Position numbers and translations under genes: made by a program
DNA from: a virus
DNA: 36,206 nucleotides
Strand: one strand, 5' to 3'
Virus record (IMG/VR): IMGVR_UViG_3300028595_000007
Coordinates: 1-36,206 of that record
Notes under the pieces: model-generated
Databases searched by the model: none
Told to the model about the DNA's origin: nothing
The model's input: only the letters and a program-made list of their open reading frames with translations
Part shown: piece after piece, positions 12,311 to 19,365 of the stretch
Layout of the letters: each line of letters starts with the position of its first letter
Numbering within the stretch: position 1 is the stretch's first letter

Positions 12311-14524
12311 ATGAAATATAATGATTTTTTAAAGAAAAAAGTTTCACAAAATCATGAATATGGTTTTGATATTTCTATTGATAAATTAAATAATAAATTA
12401 TTTGATTTTCAAAAACAAATAGTACAATGGGGGCTAAAGAAAGGTAAAGCTGCTATCTTTGCAGATTGTGGGCTTGGTAAAACAGCCATGCAATTAGAAT
12501 GGGCAAATCAAGTAACAGAAAAAACAGGAAAACCAGTTTTAATACTTGCGCCTTTATCTGTAAGTCAACAAACAATTAATGAAGGTAAAAAATTTAATAT
12601 TCATGTTTCATTATTGCATGATAATATTGAATTAGATTATGCACATAAAGGGATATATATTATCAATTATGAGAAATTACATAAATTTAAAACTAATATT
12701 TTTTCAGGTATAGTTCTTGATGAAAGTTCAATACTTAAATCATTTATGGGAAAAGTAAGAACTGAAATTATATATAGATTTAAAAATACTCCTTATAAAT
12801 TAGCATGTACAGCAACACCAAGCCCAAATGATTTTACAGAAATAGGTAATCATGCAGAATTTCTAAATGTGTGTTCTATGCAAGAAATGCTTAGTATGTA
12901 TTTTATTAATGATTGCATGGGCAGTAAAGGTAATGGGATAGGATGGAGATTAAAAGGTCATGCAGAAGATAATTTCTTTCAATTCATAGGCTCATGGGCA
13001 GTAATGATAAAAACACCAAAGGATCTTGGATTTGATGACAAAGGTTATATATTACCTAAATTAAATATTAAAAATGAAATTCTTAAATTAAATAATAAAT
13101 CTAATGATAATCTTTTTCACATGCCAGCACAAACTTTAACAGAAAGAAGGGAATCAAGAAAAAATAGCTTAGAAGAAAGAGTAAATAAAGCATTTGAAAT
13201 ATCAAAAAATAGTGATGAACAATTTATTATTTGGTGTGATTTTAATAACGAACAAGATGAATTAGAAAATAAATTTAAAGATGAGTGTGTTTCTATTTAT
13301 GGTAGTTTAAAGCCAGAAGAAAAAGTCAAAAGAATGGATTTATGGCTAAAAGGAAAAAAAAGAATACTTATTACTAAGCCGTCAATAGCTGGATTTGGAA
13401 TAAATATGCAGAATTGCCATAATATGATATTTTGCGGACTTTCAGATTCTTATGAGCAGTTTTATCAAGCAACAAGAAGGTGCTGGCGTTTTGGTCAAGA
13501 TAAAGATGTAAATGTTTATATAATTATATCTGAAAAAGAAATAACAATTTTAGAAAACATAAAAAGAAAAGAATCAGATTTTAATAAAATGTCTAATTCA
13601 GTTGTAAATAATGTTTCAAAATATTTTTTTAATTTTAATTTTAAAATGAAATATAATAAAAAAGAAATCACAGGCGAAAATTATACTGCTAAACTTGGTG
13701 ATTGTGTAGAATTAATAAAAGATCAGCCAGATGAAAGTATTGATTATTCAGTATTTAGCCCTCCTTTTTCATCACTTTATACTTATTCAAATTCTGAAAG
13801 GGATATGGGAAATTGTAAAAATGATGATGAGTTTTATAAGCATTTTTTATTTTTAAGTAAAGAATTATTTAGAGTAATAAAACAAGGAAGGCTATTAAGT
13901 TTTCATTGTATGAATTTACCGACAAGTAAATCTAGAGATGGTTTTATTGGTATTAAAGATTTTAGAGGCGATTTAATAAAAATATTTCAAGACGCTGGTT
14001 TTATATTTCATAGTGAAGTTTGCATTTGGAAAGATCCAGTTGTGGCAATGCAAAGAACAAAAGCATTAGGGCTATTGCATAAGCAAATAAAAAAAGATAG
14101 CTCAATGAGTAGGCAGGGAATTGCTGATTATGTAGTTACTATGAGAAAACCTGGAGAAAATAAAAATCCTATTTCTCATACAGCCGAACAATTTCCAGTT
14201 GATGAATGGCAAAAAATTGCTAGTCCAGTTTGGACTGATATAAATCAATCAAACACTTTACAAAAACAAAGTGCAAGGGAAGATAAAGACGAAAAACATA
14301 TATGCCCTTTACAACTTGATGTAATAGAAAGATGTTTATATCTATGGACAAATCCTGATGATTTAGTTTTATCGCCTTTTATGGGCATAGGATCAGAAGG
14401 ATACTGCAGCTTAAAACTTGGTAGAAAATTTATAGGTTTTGAACTTAAAGAAAGTTATTTTAATCAAGCAGTAAATAACTTAAATAATGCAAATAATTTA
14501 AAAAAACAAATTACTTTATTTTAA
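12311..14524 (+). CDS. SNF2-family helicase fused to a beta-class N6A/N4C DNA methyltransferase
   Basis: The N-terminal half carries CGLGKT (motif I), VLDESS (II), CTATPSPND (III) and GFGINMQ...QATRRCWRFGQ (V/VI). The C-terminal half carries FSPPF (MTase motif IV) followed later by LSPFMGIGSEG...GRKFIGFELKESY (motif I). That order is typical of the N6_N4 MTase family. Confidence 0.8.
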   Translation: MKYNDFLKKKVSQNHEYGFDISIDKLNNKLFDFQKQIVQWGLKKGKAAIFADCGLGKTAMQLEWANQVTEKTGKPVLILAPLSVSQQTINEGKKFNIHVSLLHDNIELDYAHKGIYIINYEKLHKFKTNIFSGIVLDESSILKSFMGKVRTEIIYRFKNTPYKLACTATPSPNDFTEIGNHAEFLNVCSMQEMLSMYFINDCMGSKGNGIGWRLKGHAEDNFFQFIGSWAVMIKTPKDLGFDDKGYILPKLNIKNEILKLNNKSNDNLFHMPAQTLTERRESRKNSLEERVNKAFEISKNSDEQFIIWCDFNNEQDELENKFKDECVSIYGSLKPEEKVKRMDLWLKGKKRILITKPSIAGFGINMQNCHNMIFCGLSDSYEQFYQATRRCWRFGQDKDVNVYIIISEKEITILENIKRKESDFNKMSNSVVNNVSKYFFNFNFKMKYNKKEITGENYTAKLGDCVELIKDQPDESIDYSVFSPPFSSLYTYSNSERDMGNCKNDDEFYKHFLFLSKELFRVIKQGRLLSFHCMNLPTSKSRDGFIGIKDFRGDLIKIFQDAGFIFHSEVCIWKDPVVAMQRTKALGLLHKQIKKDSSMSRQGIADYVVTMRKPGENKNPISHTAEQFPVDEWQKIASPVWTDINQSNTLQKQSAREDKDEKHICPLQLDVIERCLYLWTNPDDLVLSPFMGIGSEGYCSLKLGRKFIGFELKESYFNQAVNNLNNANNLKKQITLF

Positions 14525-14530
14525 ATAATT

Positions 14531-14926
14531 ATGAAATTATCAACAGAATTAAAAACTCATCGGCTAATATTTAAAGATAAAGATGAGCCTTCAATTTTAT
14601 TAACATCTATCGAAAGAGATATAGTAGAAAAAGCATGGAGAAATAAAGAACATTTTATTAAAATTGGGGATTCTCCTTTTTCTTGGCAAGATATAAAAAC
14701 AATAAAACAAATAACTAAGGAAGAAAGGAAAAAGCTAGATGATCATTCTAGTAAATATTATATTATTGATAAATATATAGGTAAAAAAGATAATAAACAT
14801 TATTTTGAATTTACTAAAATTAGATTAATTGATGGTAAAATTATAAGTAAATGGAAATCATATAAAAATCCTGATTATAAAGGATACCCATATCCAAATG
14901 ATAATAAAGTTTGGGTTAATATTTAA
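14531..14926 (+). CDS. Hypothetical protein (131 aa)
   Basis: Track ORF. No motif recognised. Confidence 0.6.
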   Translation: MKLSTELKTHRLIFKDKDEPSILLTSIERDIVEKAWRNKEHFIKIGDSPFSWQDIKTIKQITKEERKKLDDHSSKYYIIDKYIGKKDNKHYFEFTKIRLIDGKIISKWKSYKNPDYKGYPYPNDNKVWVNI

Positions 14927-14941
14927 ATTTTTTTAATAAAT

Positions 14942-15067
14942 ATGAATAACTTAAAAGAAGAACTCAAAAACATTAAGCAAGATATGAAGAATCCAAATAG
15001 TTGGTTTCATCTTATGGTTGTTATCTTGTTTATCCTGTTAGTTTTAAAAATTTTTCTAGAACTATGA
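14942..15067 (+). CDS. 41-aa single-pass membrane mini-protein
   Basis: Hand translation: MNNLKEELKNIKQDMKNPNSWFHLMVVILFILLVLKIFLEL. It has an ATGA overlap with the next ORF. Confidence 0.45.
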   Translation: MNNLKEELKNIKQDMKNPNSWFHLMVVILFILLVLKIFLEL

Positions 15068-15231
15068 AAAAATATCTCTTACTTATCGGAGCAGTAATTC
15101 TATCATCTCTTTACGCTATGAGAGATATTACTCAAATTGAGAGCATAGTCCTTTGGATCATTTATCCAATGATGATAATTTTGCTATTGACTTTCTTTTT
15201 TCTTTGTATTAAGATTGATAAAGAAATTTAG
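15064..15231 (+). CDS. 55-aa two-pass membrane protein
   Basis: ATG at 15064 (MKKYLLLIGAVILSSLYAM...). The track start at 15001 is an upstream TTG that overlaps the preceding mini-ORF. Confidence 0.5.
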   Translation: MKKYLLLIGAVILSSLYAMRDITQIESIVLWIIYPMMIILLLTFFFLCIKIDKEI

Positions 15232-15254
15232 TTTTTAACTTTTTTTAATCAACC

Positions 15255-15650
15255 ATGAAAAAACTAATTGAAAAAATTATACTAAGCAAACACTTTAATA
15301 AAATATTGTACATTGTTTTCGGCTCAATGGTATTTTATGCTTTTTACAGTACAACTTTGCCAACCAAGTCTTTTGACTACAAATTGCTCAACAGATTAAC
15401 TCAACGTGGAGAAGACTTAAAAGAATCTTGGCAATCTACAGCAGTATTAAGAGATGAATATCAAGAAAAAGTAATAAATTTAGATGAGCAATTAATTTTA
15501 ATACAAAAACAAGCTGATGATAATTGTAAAAAAATGCGTTCAGAATTTAATAAGATCAACGTTCCGTCAATTTGGGTACAAAGATGCTATGAAAAAAAAA
15601 ACTCTTCATCTGGAAGCAAAATAAGACTAATTATAAAAACGAACGATTAA
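15255..15650 (+). CDS. N-terminally membrane-anchored protein (zero-frame product, 131 aa)
   Basis: TM segment ILYIVFGSMVFYAFYSTTL followed by a coiled-coil-like region. It contains the A10 run 49 nt before its stop. Confidence 0.6.
   Translation: MKKLIEKIILSKHFNKILYIVFGSMVFYAFYSTTLPTKSFDYKLLNRLTQRGEDLKESWQSTAVLRDEYQEKVINLDEQLILIQKQADDNCKKMRSEFNKINVPSIWVQRCYEKKNSSSGSKIRLIIKTND
15592..15601 (+). other. A10 homopolymer / A_AAA_AAA slippery site
   Basis: The zero frame reads gaa aaa aaa aac. A -1 slip enters a frame that is open from 15593 to 15988. Confidence 0.45.
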
Positions 15651-15988
15651 TTGACTTACAAAATACAGCTAGAGAAAAAAACATAGAAGATTGGAAGATA
15701 AAGACATTATTGGCTTGGTTAATACAAGAAAATGGTGCTTTATCAGAAACAAGAAGAGGAGATTATGGCGAATCAGTAGGACTATGTATGTGTCATACAA
15801 GATATAGAAAATGTGAATTTACCTACGAAGGGCAAAAAGATCAATGTTTAGATTGGTTCAAAGGTTATACCGAAAAATCTACTAAAGATACAATATATAA
15901 AGATATAAGGCATGGTCATAATAGGCAAGCTGGTGCATGGTACACAAATGGAATAAGAAGCAAAGAAAAGCTTTTAACCTATAAATGA
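15593..15988 (+). CDS. -1 frame extension encoding a lysozyme-like/SLT-like domain (no ATG of its own)
   Basis: The frame is open for 39 codons upstream of the track's TTG start (15710) without any ATG or GTG. NIEDWKIKTLLAWLIQENGALSETRRGDYGESVGLCMCH...HGHNRQAGAWY loosely fits the transglycosylase motifs (E-S/N, GLMQ, AYNxG). Confidence 0.4.
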   Translation, partial: KKKLFIWKQNKTNYKNERLIDLQNTAREKNIEDWKIKTLLAWLIQENGALSETRRGDYGESVGLCMCHTRYRKCEFTYEGQKDQCLDWFKGYTEKSTKDTIYKDIRHGHNRQAGAWYTNGIRSKEKLLTYK

Positions 15989-16116
15989 TGGTTCTCTAAG
16001 CTTACAAGCCATTAATGCAGTTTAAGTAAAAAAGCAAAAAATATATATTTCATTTTGTATAAAAAAAAGTTTGTATCAGCAAGTCAGTAGAATAAGAGCT
16101 AAGTTGTAAGATTCTA

Positions 16117-16146
16117 TTGACAAAAAACATTTACTTATATTATTAT
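16117..16146 (+). promoter_or_regulatory. Sigma70-type promoter immediately upstream of ATG 16154
   Basis: TTGACA (16117..16122), an 18-nt spacer and TATTAT (16141..16146). The ATG lies 8 nt after the -10, which suggests a leaderless or near-leaderless mRNA. Confidence 0.4.
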
Positions 16147-16153
16147 TAAGACA

Positions 16154-16372
16154 ATGAAAAAAGAAAATTATTGTGCATTAACTAGGGAAGAATGGGTTAA
16201 AGACCTTGTTCAGCATACAAGAGAAATAAGAAAACTAGAGAAGAAATTAAGTTCAAAAAATAGACCTTATGACATCATAGAAGATCTAATGATACTCAAG
16301 ATGGAAAAAGCAGATCTATTTATTAATGGTTACTTGCAACATGTAGAAAAAGCAAACGAAAGAGAAATTTAA
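16154..16372 (+). CDS. Hypothetical protein (72 aa)
   Basis: Track ORF. Charged and helical-looking. Confidence 0.55.
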   Translation: MKKENYCALTREEWVKDLVQHTREIRKLEKKLSSKNRPYDIIEDLMILKMEKADLFINGYLQHVEKANEREI

Positions 16373-16378
16373 TTAAAA

Positions 16379-16498
16379 ATGAAACTAAAAGAATGCCCTA
16401 AATGCAAAGGCAAAGAATTCAAACTTAAAATAACAGAAGTAGGCGATGCTTATACTTGTAATAAATGTAATTATCTTTTTGTAGAAAACAATGACTAA
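16379..16498 (+). CDS. 39-aa Zn-ribbon mini-protein
   Basis: Hand translation: MKLKECPKCKGKEFKLKITEVGDAYTCNKCNYLFVENND (CxxC...CxxC). Below the track cut-off. Confidence 0.5.
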   Translation: MKLKECPKCKGKEFKLKITEVGDAYTCNKCNYLFVENND

Positions 16499-16649
16499 AA
16501 AAGAAGACAATACAACTAAGGCAATAAAAGAAATCGAAGCAGTACTGGCAAAGTACAATGTAGCCTTTGAAGTAAAAACTGTGCCAAGAATAAACGTAGT
16601 ACAAAAGCCAGAAGTCCCTAAGCAAAAAACTATTAAAAAAAATAAATGA
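16491..16649 (+). CDS. 52-aa hypothetical mini-protein
   Basis: Hand translation: MTKKEDNTTKAIKEIEAVLAKYNVAFEVKTVPRINVVQKPEVPKQKTIKKNK. It overlaps both neighbours (8 nt and ATGA). Confidence 0.45.
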   Translation: MTKKEDNTTKAIKEIEAVLAKYNVAFEVKTVPRINVVQKPEVPKQKTIKKNK

Positions 16650-16792
16650 AAGCAACTTGCATACAATGCAGCAGACAAATGAAAAAGAAGATAAGAAAAG
16701 ATCTTTACATTTGCCTACAAGAAGACTGCCCAAACTTCTGTATAGCTGCTATAAGTGAAGAAGATTACGATAAAATAAAGAAAGCTAAATAA
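16646..16792 (+). CDS. 48-aa Cys-rich (Zn-ribbon-like) mini-protein
   Basis: Hand translation: MKATCIQCSRQMKKKIRKDLYICLQEDCPNFCIAAISEEDYDKIKKAK. Confidence 0.45.
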   Translation: MKATCIQCSRQMKKKIRKDLYICLQEDCPNFCIAAISEEDYDKIKKAK

Positions 16793-16805
16793 TTTTTAAA
16801 CTAAC

Positions 16806-17372
16806 ATGACTAAAAGAGCTGACAAAAAACGTAACATAGATAAAGTAGCGGCAGAGTTAGTTAAGAATCCTTTGCAAACTCAAAGAGAAATAGCAAAGAA
16901 TGCAGATTTAGGTTTAGGAACAGTAAATAGAGCTACAAAAGAAGTGGAACAACAACAATGGTACAAAGAATTAATAAGATCATTTGAGGAAGAAAGAAAG
17001 AATAGTATAGAGATTGATGGAAAAACATTAGATATAGATGAAGATATAGCATCTGATTTCGTTAATTATATTGGCAGTTATAAAAAGGCAGTTAAAGAAA
17101 TAGAATATTTTATGCTAAAGTCTATGCAAGGATATAATAGAAAAAGAAGATCAATAAATCAGAATACAAGATATTCAATATTAGAAAGAGCGGGCTTTAA
17201 GTGTCAAGCATGTGGTGCTAAGCCAAGTAAGGATAATGACGTTGAATTACATATAGATCATATAATACCAGTAGCAAGAGGTGGATTAAATATTGAGAGT
17301 AATTATCAAGTATTGTGTAAAATTTGTAATACCAGCAAAGGAGGTAATCATTTTTATAATCACAATGATTAA
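16806..17372 (+). CDS. HNH endonuclease with an N-terminal TerS-like HTH domain
   Basis: The C-terminus CQACGAKPSKDNDVELHIDHIIPVARGGLNIESNYQVLCKICNTSKG is a classic HNH. The N-terminus DKVAAELVKNPLQTQREIAKN...VNRA is paralogous to the next protein. It sits directly upstream of the terminase genes. Confidence 0.8.
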   Translation: MTKRADKKRNIDKVAAELVKNPLQTQREIAKNADLGLGTVNRATKEVEQQQWYKELIRSFEEERKNSIEIDGKTLDIDEDIASDFVNYIGSYKKAVKEIEYFMLKSMQGYNRKRRSINQNTRYSILERAGFKCQACGAKPSKDNDVELHIDHIIPVARGGLNIESNYQVLCKICNTSKGGNHFYNHND

Positions 17373-17775
17373 GGAGAGAAAAGACAAGGTAGCAGCAGCA
17401 ATGGCAAAGAACCCTCTAGCTAGTGTGAGAGAGGTAGCAAAAGAGACTGGAATACCTAAATCTGCAGTACACAGAGCTGTCAATAGTTTGGTACAAGATG
17501 GGACATTGCAAAAAGACTCTAGAATAGTAGCTTTAACGGATCAAGACTTCAATATTATGCTATTAGCAGGTAGAGAAATATCAAGAAGAATAGAAGAAGA
17601 ACCGAAGAAATTAAAAGTAAGAGATCTTAATGAATCAGCTAGAGAATCAGCTAAGAGATATCAGATATTTAGAGGAGAAGTAACAGATAAGAAAGGAGGC
17701 TTAAAAACAACTGGATTAAATTCAAATCAATTAGATACTGCTTTGAAAGATATTTTAAAAGATGATATATCCTAA
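17365..17775 (+). CDS. terS: Terminase small subunit (HTH)
   Basis: ATG 17365 overlaps the HNH stop; the track start at 17293 is a TTG inside the HNH gene. MIKERKDKVAAAMAKNPLASVREVAKETGIPKSAVHRAV is an HTH. It lies just upstream of, and overlaps, terL. Confidence 0.5.
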   Translation: MIKERKDKVAAAMAKNPLASVREVAKETGIPKSAVHRAVNSLVQDGTLQKDSRIVALTDQDFNIMLLAGREISRRIEEEPKKLKVRDLNESARESAKRYQIFRGEVTDKKGGLKTTGLNSNQLDTALKDILKDDIS

Positions 17776-19336
17776 AGACATTGAAGAAAATAAAAGATAC
17801 AGGCTTAACTTATTAAAAAAAGCCAGATCAGATAATCATGTAAAAAACTTAATCAATGATAAATGCAAAGAAGATCCTTTGTTCTTCTTTAACACTCTAG
17901 GATGGACTTATAATCCAAAGAAAGAACCTTTTGACTTTCCTTTTATAACTTATCCTTTCCAAGATAAGTTTATTTTAGATGTAATTAAGAATATAGAATA
18001 TGGAGAAGATAATATCACAGAAAAATCAAGGGAAATGGGATTTTCTTGGATGTTAGCAGGTATTCAACTGTGGGCATTCTTGTTTAAGGGTTATTCTTCT
18101 CTTTATGGCTCATATAAAGAAACTTATGTTGATGATAGTGGAAATTTAGATTCTCATTTTGAAAGAATAAGATATATTAAATCATTCTTACCTAAATGGA
18201 TCATTCCAAAAGACATTCAAGACAAATACATGAGCATATCTAGTAAAACATTAGGGGCTGAAATAGGTGGAGATTCAGGTCAGAACTTTGGCACAGGAGG
18301 GAGAAGAAAGTTTATAATCATGGATGAGTTTGCTTTATGGCAATTTGCTGACAAAGCATTTAGAAAAACTAGGGATATTTCAGGCTGTAGAATACTAGGA
18401 GGGACACCAGAAGGAAGATTTAATCTGTATGGTAAGATAATGACAGATCATAAAGACTACAAGCACTTAAACATAAATAAATATAGACTTCATTGGAAAC
18501 TACACCCAGACAAGACAGAAGAATGGTATGAGAATGAGAAGAAAAACAGAACATCTTTAGATATAGCCAAGGAGTTAGATATATCATATGATGATTCAGT
18601 CACTGGTGCAGTTTATAAGGATTATTCTAATGTAGTTCAGTTTGGCAATTATGAATACAATCCAAATTATAAGCTTTATACTGCATGGGACTTTGGCAGA
18701 GACATGACAGCTGTTATATGGGCGTTACACAATTTAGATGATGATTACTGTGAAATAATAGATGCTTATCAAAAATCAGCTTATGATTATCAAGGATCAC
18801 TTTATATTGATTTCTTTAGGGCATTTATAACTGGCGAAGTAGAGCAAGGCTACATATACACAAAGGAAGAGCTAGAAATGATAGATAGGCACAGAGCATG
18901 GCAAAACAAATATTCAGGTCACTTTGGAGATCCTTATAATACAGATTCTAAAACAATAAATGCAAAGTCATCTATCCATGATTCCTTTAATGCAAAAGGC
19001 ATATATATCACAACCAATAGATTATCAAAACTGGATGAAAGAATTAATTGCACTAAATTGTTTTTTAGAAAGCTTAGAGTTAATGAAAACTTATCTTCAT
19101 TTAATCAAGCTATAATTCAATCTAGGTATCCATCAGTAAGAGAAGGGTCAGAAAGGACAACAGAGACTTTAAAGCCAATACATGATGATAACTCACACTT
19201 TAGAACAGCACTTGAGTATTTAGCTGATAATTTCCCTAAACTAGAGCATAAACCACAATTCCAAAGACCTGTTAATACCCCAAGTAGAGGAGCATTTTTA
19301 AAGAACACTAATAAATTGACAAGAGGTATACTGTAG
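17762..19336 (+). CDS. terL: Terminase large subunit
   Basis: 524 aa. ITEKSREMGFSWM (Walker A-like), RRKFIIMDEFALW (Walker B) and WDFGRDMTAVIW (nuclease Asp motif). It precedes the portal gene. Confidence 0.85.
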   Translation: MIYPKDIEENKRYRLNLLKKARSDNHVKNLINDKCKEDPLFFFNTLGWTYNPKKEPFDFPFITYPFQDKFILDVIKNIEYGEDNITEKSREMGFSWMLAGIQLWAFLFKGYSSLYGSYKETYVDDSGNLDSHFERIRYIKSFLPKWIIPKDIQDKYMSISSKTLGAEIGGDSGQNFGTGGRRKFIIMDEFALWQFADKAFRKTRDISGCRILGGTPEGRFNLYGKIMTDHKDYKHLNINKYRLHWKLHPDKTEEWYENEKKNRTSLDIAKELDISYDDSVTGAVYKDYSNVVQFGNYEYNPNYKLYTAWDFGRDMTAVIWALHNLDDDYCEIIDAYQKSAYDYQGSLYIDFFRAFITGEVEQGYIYTKEELEMIDRHRAWQNKYSGHFGDPYNTDSKTINAKSSIHDSFNAKGIYITTNRLSKLDERINCTKLFFRKLRVNENLSSFNQAIIQSRYPSVREGSERTTETLKPIHDDNSHFRTALEYLADNFPKLEHKPQFQRPVNTPSRGAFLKNTNKLTRGIL

Positions 19337-19365
19337 ATTAAAATTTAACTAATTAATCTTAAACT

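Noticed and set aside
15989-16116. Possible ncRNA or terminator in the 128-nt spacer after the SLT-like ORF.
   Set aside because: Only short or long-range 7-bp complementarities (cttacaa/ttgtaag) are present, with no hairpin-plus-T-run. Nothing rises above the expectation for A/T-rich sequence.
16385-16733. Two long minus-strand track ORFs (16385..16678 and 16425..16733).
   Set aside because: They lie antisense to three compact, overlap-coupled plus-strand mini-ORFs in an otherwise all-plus region. Their products are F/L/C/S-rich low-complexity strings, typical of the reverse frame of K/E-rich coding sequence. They have no promoter or spacer signature.
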